DNA from: Takakia lepidozioides
Lineage: Eukaryota > Plantae > Bryophyta
NCBI GenBank assembly: GCA_030704615.1
Contig: CM060734.1
Location: forward strand, 15,500,001-15,564,000
DNA length: 64,000 nt
Direction: 5' to 3'
Under the pieces are notes generated by a model. That model was not told where the DNA came from, searched no databases, and was given only the letters and a program-made list of their open reading frames with translations. Position 1 is the stretch's first letter. Every line of letters starts with the position of its first letter. Both the position numbers and the translations under genes were made by a program. Below, piece by piece: positions 23,895-35,340 of this stretch.

Positions 23895-26130
23895 TCAGTG
23901 ACTGCAACCTTGGGTCCTGATTATCAGGTGCTGCCGTGATCTTGGCCAAGGCCATGTTACTGTCACCATGTTGGGGGGGGGGGGGGGGGGGTCGGCATGC
24001 TGGAGCTCGATCAGAGCTAACGGGCGGTATTGACCAGTCTGTGCATCAGGCGCGTTGTTGGCGTCACCCTGTGTAGTTGAGGAGTTAGTGATGCCTGGGG
24101 GTAGGGGTAACTTGGCCAACACCACATTTGCATGGTGAAAGAAATTCGCCAGATTTGCTCCAAGATTCTGGGTGATCGATTCCTTCAAGACAACAGATAC
24201 GCATGGTGTTCCTCCTGTTGTTTTGTCAAGGTGGTGGCCACCCACGATTCCATGGCAGAGAGTTCTCCACGAATATCCTTTCTTATCGATATGGCATGAG
24301 CAGCTAGTTTTTTGTCTATTTCAGACATCATAGCTCCGTGACCACGAGAAGATCCCGAGTCTGGTTTGATTGCAATTGAGTTCACCATGTCGGCTAGCGC
24401 ATGGTTGATGTTCGCCACCCGGAGTTTGTCAAGAATTTCCTTTGCCGGTGGTTTAGCTCCGTTCAGACTGTTGTTATGTGGCTCGAAGTTGACGTAGCGA
24501 TCGATAACCAACACATGCGGTTTGTTGACCCACTGTGTGTAAACACTTGGGTTTTTGCACGTAATCACGATCATGCCAGTGTGCTTGATCTTCTCTGTAG
24601 GAACAACCGAACAAAAATAGATTTGCGTGATGTTGTCTTTTCCAAAGACAGAGCGCATGGCGTCCTCGATAGCTGCATGTGGATACAGTTGGTTGAGATT
24701 TTTCACAACGAGCGTAAGTGCGTTTCTCTCCGCCACGATTTCCTGTGGGGTAGCTATTAAACTAGTCATGCTGGTTCGCCGATTTCGCAGCTGTGGTCTG
24801 ATCAGCGTACGCCCGAATCGGATGCCCTGTGTCAGCATCCTTTGTTTGGTGTCCTCAGAAGTGATGTATATGAAGCAGAACTTAGACTTTGGCCCAGTCT
24901 TGTGAGTATAGAGGATCTCGTACTCATCACCATGAACGTGAGCTTCCATGATGAGATGCATTGTAAGCTTGTGGCTGATCCGTGTAGGCTTTTGCTTGTC
25001 ATGTATAAAGAGAGATGTTCCATTGATGATTGTAGATCGAATGTTTTTTCCACCTTACCCTGCATTGGTATGCCAGAGGACATCTCTATGACAAAGGCTC
25101 GGTCGCCTTTCAAGAGGGCGATGCCATCCCTAGCTGGATTTAGCAACTCGACCTTGAAGATGCCAATCCAGTACTTGCTGGCATGTTTGGAGTAGGCCAT
25201 TATGGGTGAATACAGCGTAGTACCCAGTGGAATGTTCATCTCTGCAAAACGCTTCTTAGCCCTATAGACAGCTTGTTCTTTGGGCATGTCGGTCTCTCTA
25301 TCAAACCTGATCAGTATGTGGTAGGGCGTTGCGGAGAGTCCAGAGACAGGGTCGACGATGGTGCCTTTTGGCAGTTGAGTAAGCTGGTAGAGTTGGCCTT
25401 CGCGGCTGTCCGGTCGAGCTGTAGGAAAAAATAGTTGGGGTACGTGCGGGTAGGCCTTGAGGCCATGCCGCAGTTCGTAGATCTTAGACAGGCAGAGCCC
25501 AAGCTGCTCGAGTTCTGTTGTCGTGCGTGCCTCCGTGACAAATGGAAGTTCAGCATCGTGTGTATGTTGTTCAAGTGTGTGATAACCCATCCATAAGTGT
25601 GGCCCTCCTGGCGAGCTTGAAATTTCTAAGCATGGAGCTGGATCTGGCGAGAGAAATCCCCATGATTTTTTGGGATCGGAGTGGGTGCTTCCAGCCTCGC
25701 TGTTGAATGCACTGGAGGAGCGCTTGTTGTGCGGGCTGAGAGTCAGTGGCTGTGCAGGAGACGCGTGAGTGGCATGGAGCTGGGTCACCCGTTGATTCTG
25801 TGCTGATGGCGCTGGGGTTGGGGCAAGTTTGTCATGGACGTGAGCACTGTGGGACTTTGTCATGTTTTGTGTGGAGTGAGTTTGGTATGCTTGTGGAGTG
25901 GCGAAGAATTGTTTGTCGGATAAGTGCATGTCACTGACTTCCTCGTCGCCATCAAAGTGATGGAACATTTCTGCATCTGCGTCCTTGTGGTGCCCAATTT
26001 TTACCGAGAGTCGCTGAGCAAGGAAGTTCACCGGAGATTTGGAGCTGAACGTAGCCTTCCCTTTGTGTCTTGGCTGTTTTTGGATACTCCTCGAGCGTTT
26101 TTGGATAATACTAGATTTATTGCTAGACAT
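23895..26130 (-). pseudogene. Frameshifted ORF1-like protein (RRM-like segments plus coiled coil), probably from a non-LTR retroelement
   Basis: ORFs 24832-26235 and 24185-24961 join by a frameshift near 24965. LTLVVKNL..IEDAMRSVFGKDNITQIYF..TGMIVITC has RRM-like spacing. Family assignment is inference. Confidence 0.5.
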
Positions 26131-27513
26131 GTATGGAATGGAAGAGATTGAGTGAGGATGGGAGAATTTTGCTAAAAAATGACATCCCCAAAATGAGATC
26201 CACTTCATCGATCTCGTAAATGGTGAAGTTCTCACGCCCCTCCCAACTCCCTAGTTGAAGAGGGACGTCAAACACCAACCTCCACGCTACTTGTGGCTCT
26301 CCCTTGGCAGAGCGCACTTCATTAGAGGGCCCCACGTCAATTGTCGGGAGTCCTAACTTTCGTGCCGTTGCTGGTGTCATGAAGGAGTGCGACGCTCCTG
26401 TGTCCACTAACAACGACGCGTTAGTTCCGAAAATTACTCCGCTCACGAATATCAACTGACTTCCTTTACACAAAGCTCTTGCCTCTTGATATAACTCACA
26501 AGTGTAGTTGCATACATTGCAAGTCTTGGCGACCATCGCCTCCACCAAGCAGGTGATGGAGTATTCGGATAGCTCCGTGGTTGCCCGGGTCATGTTCAAC
26601 TGCCGGGGTTTCGGGCACTTCTTTGTCATGTGCCCGGGCTCCCCGCAATCAAAGCACACTCCATCAAAGGTCAACCTATGTCCGCCATAGGCCGCCACAC
26701 CTGATTTTCCTTTCGGAGCACCGGGTGCCGCCTTGACGTGCGAAGGCCCTCCATTTGGTTTCTATGCACCATTGTTGTCGCGTGGCCTATCCCACTTCTT
26801 TTCCGGTCAGAAGGAATCACCCTCCCACCGGACCTTCTTGTGGTTCAGCTCCGTACGGCTCTGTCTTTCGCCCCTGGGGACATCCGAGAAGCATTCAGCT
26901 CTTTCAATTGCCTCGTTCAAAGTCTTTGGTGACCTATTCTCTAACTTCCGCCTGGACCAAGGGGCCAGTCCCGCCACAAAGTTGAAGACCATTTCTGGTT
27001 GCGCCATGTCAGCGACTTCGAGCAATAGCACATTGAAAGCCTGAACATATCCCCGAATGTCATCGGTTTGTTTCGAGTTCCTCATCTTGTCCCGGGCGAG
27101 CCAGGACACGTTGAGGGGCACAAACTGATTTTTCATGAATTCCTTGAATCCACTCCAGCTCAAGGTCTCTCGGTTTGGCCCTTGGTCGAGAAGGCGTTTT
27201 TGCCACTATTGTTGAGCATAGCCCCTCAAGTAGGTGGGTGCACTACAAGGAATCGCCGAAATAACGACTCAAAAAACGACTGGAAACCCAGTCGTTTCAG
27301 TCAAAAAATGACTGGGCGACTACGAGTCCGAAAGGACAAGACCTATCGGACAGCCCAATCGTTCCAGTCATTACGTGGTTGGAGTTGTTCCAGTCAGTCG
27401 TGACGCCGACTGCAAGGTAATTTTTAAGGTGTGGCCACGTGGCGTCGCCACGCGCGTTGTTGACTGAATCTTGGACCTTGACCACAGTGGACTTTTGACC
27501 GGCGGGTTCCGAC

Positions 27514-28085
27514 CAGTGTTGGGCGGTTCTTAGGTTTTTTTAATATCCGCCGGGTCCGGATACTTGACAAATTAGAGAATGATATATCCTGCGGATCCGG
27601 ATATTAGAATAATTTGCATTTCTAATATCTGCCGGTTATGCATAGTGGAAGTTTTTAAAAATCTGCCGGATATAAATAAGTTTGAATATTTAGATTTTAA
27701 AATCCGACGGTTATAGAGTAATCCGGATCTAAATAATCATGAAATACAATTTTCTTTTTAAACAGGGGGATTGTAGCCCTGATTTAACTTTATTGAGATT
27801 TACTTGCATTTTTTTTAAATAATAATCAATTGAAATGATTAAAATTCCAATAAAATATTCATATTTTATTTTATTTTCTTGTATCCGGTTGAGATCCGGT
27901 ATTTTGGCTACATATCCGGATACAATCCGGTTATTAAACCTTTTTATATCCGACGGGTAGGATCCTATCCGGATCCTCCATTTTATGTATCCGCCGGATA
28001 TAAATAATAGCCGGATATCAAATAGTTGCCGGATCCGGATCCGGATACATTGATATCCTGATGACTCTATATCCGCCCAACACTG
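27514..28085. mobile_element. hAT-type non-autonomous element (MITE), 572 bp
   Basis: 13-bp TIRs CAGTGTTGGGCGG / CCGCCCAACACTG, 8-bp TSD GTTCCGAC, many ATCCGG/CCGGAT subterminal motifs. Confidence 0.95.
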
Positions 28086-28859
28086 GTTCCGACTTCCCCA
28101 CCGTGTGCACGCCGGGAATACAGCCGCATGGCTCGGTGTAAAAACTCCACTTGTTCTCTTGGAGGCAGGACACGCGCCGTAGCCGCGTTGCTTCACGCTG
28201 CTGAATAGTTACGATCTCGTACTACACGAGCACTAACCACTAGTTCAAAAATAACTAGCAAGTCGTTTCAACGACTGCACAGTCAGACTGCGAAGTTGTG
28301 AACTACATCTCGGAGTGCTGGACTCGTAGTAGTCCAGTCTAGCGGTTACCTTCAAGGACACGCGTGGCTTCCCGGGTCTCGCCACGTCCAGGCCTGAGGC
28401 CACAACACGTGGCGCAAGTGAGTTGTCTGCTGGTTGCCTTCACGACTTGCGAGTGGAGTCGACAACTAGAGTGTTGAAGTGACAGATGCAACTGGAGGTT
28501 TGAAATGCACTACCTCACTAGTGACTACATCGACTGTCGGTTGGGAACCAGACACTCCTACTGGTTGCACTGACTTGGGGGCTGCGACTTGTAGTTCATA
28601 CATGTGCAATATTATTTCTACTATGTCTGAATAGCAACACGGATGCGACGATCGATCTACTACGGCATTGCAACCAACACAATCCCTGCACACTGGGGAT
28701 GATCATGTCATTGCCTATGTGATTCAGACTTCAGAACATACAGACCATGCCATCAATGCACGAAATCAAATTAACTGCATGAACAAGAGCACGTGACAAT
28801 GTATTAAGATAACACCTCAAAATTGCCCCATACAATGCACAAATCCATGAGTCCGTAAC

Positions 28860-31000
28860 GACCAAGATTGGAACCTGTTTCTGGATACTTCTGTGTTGTC
28901 ACTTTGGCAGTATCATGTTAAAGTCACTCCAAACTATCAAAGGTTCACTCAACCAGCTAACTTGCAGAATTCAACATGAAAATTTAGGGCTGATTATGAT
29001 AAGAGGGGAAAACAGGGTGAAGTGTGTTGAAGAAGGTGCCTTGATTAGCAGTGACTGATTTTATGAATTGTGCCGCTGCTGCTGTGGCTTCCAGTTGACC
29101 ATGTACCCATGCAGGTTTCCCTTTCACATGGAATCATAGGTAATCGGGAGTTTGAAATCCGGCCCTCTTGGATGAATCTGGACTTATACTCTATCCTTGC
29201 TCCTTCAGCTATCCATGCGTCTGCACAAATCATGCATTCATCCTTGCACTTGTTGCTAGCAGATGACAATGACAGCATAGAGTTGTTCTAGGAAACACCC
29301 AACTTAGCTTATCACTCTAGTTCCTATGTTAAATTGTGTCGGCTACTCTCTGTAATCTAACAGGCATTCACCTTTTGGTCTCGATTGTCTCACCGTTGAC
29401 TGGGGTCAGAAACGTGTTCATTCCCCAGCTTTTCCTCGTCTCTGTTACCTGTTTTCCGATACTTTCCTATTGTCACATTTGCAGTATCATGTCAAAGTCA
29501 TTCCAAACTAGATTCACTCAACCAGCTAACTTGAAGAATTCAACATGGAAATTTAGGGCCGGTTCTGATAAGAGGGAAAAACAGGGTGAAATGTGTTGAA
29601 GAAGGTGCCTTCATTAGCAGTGCCGATTTTATCAATTGTCTCGTTGCAGTTGCGGCTTCCAGTTGACCATCTTCCCATGCAGGTTTGTTGTGGCTATCCT
29701 TCCAAAGGGAATCATAGGTAATCTGAAGGTTGAAATCCGGCCCTCTTGGATGAATCTGGACCCACACTCTATCCTTGCTCCTTCAACCATCCATGCCTCT
29801 GCACAAATCATGCATACATCCTTGCTTTGCTGCTAGCAGCTGACAATGACAGCCTACATTTGTTCTAGGAAACACCCAACTCAGCTTATCACACTCATTC
29901 CTATGTTGAATTGCATGTGCTACTCTCTGTAATTATACAGGCATTTACCTTTTTGCCTCGGTTGTCCCACCATTGACTGGGGTCAGAAAAGTACTCATTC
30001 CACAGCTTCTCATCATCTCTGTTACATGTTTCTGGATACTTAACTATTGTCACTTTGGCAGTATCATGTCAAAGTCACTCCAAACTATCAAAGGTTCACT
30101 CAACCAGCTAATTTGCAAAATTCAACATGGAAGAAGAAGGATTGTAATAAGAGGACAAAACAGGGTGAAATGTGTTGAAGAAGGTGCCCTCATTAGCAGT
30201 GTCTGATTTTATCAATTGTGGCGCCGCTGCTGCTGTGGCTTCCAGTTGACCATCTACCCATGCATGTATGGAAAAGTAGGTAATGTGGAGCTTGAAATGC
30301 GGCCCTCTTGGATGAATCTGGACCCACACTCTATCCCTGCTCCTTCACCTATCCATGCCTCTGCACAAATCATGCATACATCGTTGCCTTGCTGCTAGAA
30401 TCTGACAATGACAGCCTACATCTGTTCTAGGAAACACCCAACTCAACTTATCACTCTAGTTCCTATGCTCAATTGCATCTGTTACTCTTTGTAATCCAAC
30501 AGGCATTCACCTTTTTGCTCGATTGTCCCATCGTTGACTAGGTCAGAAAAGTATTCATTCCACAGCTTCCCCTCGTCTCTGTTACCTGTTTCTAGATACT
30601 AATCCTGTTGTCACATTGGCAGTATCATGTCAAAGTCACTCCAAACTATTTAAGGTTCACTCAACCAGCTCATTTGTAGAATTCAACATTTAGGGCCGAT
30701 TTTGATCAGAGGGAAAAACAAGATAAAACGTGTTGAAGAAGGTGCCTTCATGAGTAGTGCCTGATTTTATCAATCGTGCCAATGCTGCTGGGGCTTCTAG
30801 TTGACCATCTACCCATGCAGGTTTTCTTGTAGCTATCCTTCCACAGGGAGTCATAGGTGATCTGAAGCTTGAAATCCGGCCCTCTTGGATGAATCAAAAC
30901 CCACACTCCATCCCTGCTCCTTTAGCTATCTATGCTTCTGCACAAATCATGCATACATCCTTGCCTTGTTGCTAGCAACTAACAATGACAGCCTAGAATT
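28860..31000. repeat. Tandem array of ~4 copies of a ~570-bp unit inside the CACTA
   Basis: GCAGTATCATGT..AAAGTCA at ~28907, 29481, 30058 and 30619; GGCCCTCTTGGATGAATC occurs in each unit. Confidence 0.9.
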
Positions 31001-31144
31001 CATGCAGCAAACACGACACCACATCTCGTTCAGCCATACCACCCAAACCCAGAATTAGGACAGCACTCTGATTCCATCCACTGTCACCAAAGTCAGTCCA
31101 ATATCACCCCTTTAGTCAAGTGCAATTATGGGCTGACTTCCCAC

Positions 31145-34100
31145 CTATGCTGAGTAGGCCCCACTATCATTTCCCGTGGATATGCCAAAACCATTGGCCA
31201 GCTTCTCACTGTGGTGGCAAAGAGAAAATTCCTTTTCCTCCTCCCCCACATCATGCAATACAAAGCGCCTGTCAGGCACATACCCCGCCTTCTTCATCTT
31301 CCCAGCCAATCTTCTCAACTCAGCATGGATTTCCTTAATTCTGAGATGCAACTTGTCATCTACAACGAAGGTGTGCACCCTGTTGCCAACCTCAATGCAG
31401 CATCAACCTGGCTCGTTTCTAACCCCTTTGACCTTCATCATTCTTCTCACCTTTGCAGTATCATCCCACCTGCCAGCTGCAGCATAGATGTTTGAGAGCA
31501 ACACATAAGTCGCGGCATCTTGTTCAGCCCACATGAGGGTAGATGTTGTTGCATGTTCAGCCATCTCCACATTGCCATGGATTCTGCATGCACCAAGCAA
31601 GGCCTTCCACACCACAGCACCTGGATTTATAGGCATTTTATTAATCATGTCCACTGCCTCATCCGGTTGTTCCTCAGGTCCAAGAAGGTCCACCATGCAG
31701 CCAAAGTGCTTTACTGTCGAAGTGACACCATGATCTTGACTCAGGGAATCAAAGTAGCGTCTTCCTTCATTCAGTAGGCCAGCATGGCTGCATGCAGAGA
31801 GAACATATATAAAGGTGATATGCTCGCCGTTCTTTTGCATTCCTTCAAATAGTTGCATGACCTCCCTATGACAACCATGATGTGCATATCCTGCGATCAT
31901 CGCATTCCATGACACAACATCTTGTTCAGCCATATTGTCGAACACTCCCTTTGCATCCTCCATGCACCCACATTTGGCATATATGTCCACCAGGGCAGTG
32001 TTCAGGATCACATCTGGTACAATTCCAGCTCTGACGATGTCGCCATGGACCTCTTCGCTCTTTTCCAGGGCTGCCAGGCTTGCACACGCACTGCAAACGC
32101 ACACAAACATGATGTAGGACCGGGCTTTACCCCGTCGCACATCATTTGCTCATAGGTCTCCAAAGCCTCCATCCCATGTCCCTGCTGTGCAGACCTTGCA
32201 AGCATCGCACTCCACGACACCACATCTCGTTCAGCCATAGTGTTGAACACTCCCTTTGCATCCTAGATGCACCCACATTTTGCAAACACGTCCACCAGGG
32301 TATTGTTCAAAATGACATCTGGTACAATTCCAGCTCTGAAGATGTCGCCATGGACCTCTTTCCCCTTTTCCAGAGTTGCCACGGCAGTGTTTAGAATGAC
32401 ATTTGGTACCATTCCAACTTTGATGATATCCCCATGCACCTCTTTGCCCTTCTCCAGGGCTGCCAGGCTTGCACAAGCATTGCAAATCTACACAAACATG
32501 ATGTGCTTCCCCCATCATTCACTCATAGGTCTCCAAAGCCTCCATCCCACGTCCCTGCTGTGCATACCCCGGAAGCATCGCACTCCACGACACCACATTT
32601 GGTTCAGCCATAGTGTCGAACACTCCCTTTGCATCCTAGATGCACCCACATTTTCCAAACATGTCCACCAGGGTAGTGTTCAGAATGACATCTGGTACAA
32701 TTCCAGCTCTGAAGATGTCGCCATGGACCTCTTTCTCCTTTTCCAGAGCTGCCAGGGCAGTGTTTAGAATGACATTTGGTACAATTCCAGCTTTGACGAT
32801 ATCCCCATGCACCTCTTTGCCCTTCTCTAGGGCTGCCAGGCTTGCACGACGCCACATCCTGTTCAGCCATAGTGTTGAACACTCCCTTTGCATCCTAGAT
32901 GCACCCACATTTTGCAAACATGTCCACTAGGGTATTGTTCATAATGACATCTGGTACAATTCCAGCTCTGAAGATGTCGCCATGAACCTCTTTCCCCTTT
33001 TCCAGAGCTGCCAGGGTAGTGTTTAGAATGGCAGCTGGTAGAATTCCAGCTTTGACGATATCCCCATGCACCTCTTTGCTCTTCTCTAGGGCTGCCAGGC
33101 TTGCACGATGCCACATCCTGTTCAGCCATAGTGTTGAACACTCCCTTTGCATCCTAGATGCACCCACATTTTGCAAACATGTCCACTAGGGTATTGTTCA
33201 TAATGACATCTGGTACAATTCCAGCTCTGAAGATGTCGCCATGCACCTCTTCCCCCTTTTCCAGAGCTGCCAGGACAGTGTTTAGAATGACATTTGGTAC
33301 CATTCCAGCTTTGATGATATCCCCATGCACCTCTTTGCCCTTCTCCAGGGCTGCCAGGCTTGCACAAGCATTGCAAATGCACACAAACATGATGTGCTTC
33401 CCCCATCATTTGCTCATAGGTCTCCAAAGCCTCCATCCCACGTCCCTGCTGTGCATACCCTGCAAGCATGGCACTCCACAACACCACATCTCGTTCAACC
33501 ATAGTGTCGAACACTCCCTTTGCATCCTAAGATGCACCCACATTTTGCAAACATGTCCACCAGGGTATTGTTCAGAATGACATCTAGTACAATTCCAGCT
33601 CTGAAGATGTCGCCATGGACCTCTTTCCCCTTTTCCAGAGCTGCCAGGGCAGAATGACATTTGGTACAATTCCAGCTTTGACGATATCCCCATGTACCTC
33701 TTTGCCCTTTTCTAGGGCTGCCAGGCTTGCACGACGCCACATCTTGTTCAGCCATAGTGTTGAACACTCCCTTTGCATCCTAGATGCACCCACATTTTGC
33801 AAACACGTCCACCAGGGTATCGCGAATGCACACAAACATGATGTGCTTCCCCCATCATTTGCTTATAGGTCTCCAAAGCCTCCATCCCACGTCCCTACTG
33901 TGTAGACCCTGCAAGCATCGCACTCCCCGACACCACATCTCATAGGTCTCCAAAGCCTCCTTCCCACGTCCTTCATGTTGTGCATACCCTGCAAGCATCG
34001 CACTCCACGACACCACATCTCGTTCAGCCATAGTATCAAACACTCCCTTTGCATCCTTGATGCACCCACATTTTGCATACAAGTCCGCTAGAACAGTGTT

Positions 34101-35340
34101 TGGAATGACATTTGGTACAATTCCAGCTCTGATGATGTCGCCATTGACATGTGGTACACTTTTAGCTTTGAGGATGTCACCATGGACCTCTTTTTCCCCT
34201 TTTCCAGGGCTCCCAGGCTTGCACACGCATTGCAAACACAAACAATCGTGATGTGGTTTGGCTTCACCCCTTCGTACATCATTCGCTCATCCAAAGCATC
34301 GTACCACATACATATCTGAATCTGCTATGCTCCTTGGTTTAAAGTCTATAGAGCCTCTTTCAGTCTGCCTACCTCACAAAGCATCTTCACATGCCTAGAA
34401 GAGCCAGAAAAGGCATTATGGACTCCCTCTCTTTATCCTCTTTCAGAAGCCAACGAGCTAACTTACAGAATTCAGTATGCATCTCAGGGCAGAGCCTCCA
34501 TCCTGCGCCCAAGCTGTGCATATCCTGCGATCATGGCGTTACAAGACACCACATCTCCTTCAGTCATATTGTCGAACACTCCCTTTGCATCCTCGATGCA
34601 CCCACAACTAGCATACATGTCCACGAGGGTATTGTTCAGAACAATATCTGGTTCAATTCCCGCTTTGATGATGTCACCATGGACCTCTCTGCCCTTTTCC
34701 AGGGCTGCTAGGCTTGCACACGCATTGCAGACACAAATAAAGGTGATGTGATTGGGCTTCACCCCTTCCCACCATTTTCTCATAGGTCTCCAAAGCCTCC
34801 ATCTTGCACCCATGCTGTGCATATCCTGCAATCATTGCACTCAAAGACACCACATTTTGTTCAGCCATTAGGCGAACACTCCCTTTGCATCCTCAATGCA
34901 CCCACATTTAGCATACATGTCCACTAGGGTACTATTCAGAATGACATCTGGTAAAATTCCAGCTTTGACAATGTCCCCATGGACTTCCTTGCCCTTACCC
35001 AGCGCTGCCAGGCTCGCACACACCTTGCAAACCTAACCTGGGGTGATCTGGTCGGGCTTCACCTCTTCCCTCATCATTTACTCATAGGTCTCCAAAGCCT
35101 CCATCCCGCGCCCCTGTTGTGCATAAGTTGTGATCATCGCAGTCCAAGACACCATATCTCGTTCGGCCATATTGTCCCACACTCCATTGGCATCCTCAAT
35201 GCTCCCACATTTTTCATACATGTTCATCAAAGCATGTCCAGAACAACATCTGGTACGATTCCAGCTTCGACAATGTCAGCATGGACCTCTTTGCCCTTTT
35301 CCAAGGCTGCCAGGATCACACACGCATTGCAAACACAATA
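31145..35340 (-). pseudogene. PLS-class pentatricopeptide repeat gene with E1/E2 and truncated DYW deaminase domain (RNA editing factor), fragmented and tandemly amplified
   Basis: P-L-S motifs (DVVSWNAMIAGYA, TALVDIYAKCG, HFGCMVDLLG), E motifs (VVWKALLGACRIHG, YVLLSNIYAAAG), PG box PG*CCIEVGNRVHTF with a stop, GYVPD..HHSEKLA. CxxC and the DYW tip are absent. Confidence 0.92.

Noticed and set aside
31145-31420. U-to-C (KP-type) DYW editing factor
   Set aside because: It has a PG box and HSEKLA rather than KP/HAE-type signatures, and is truncated.
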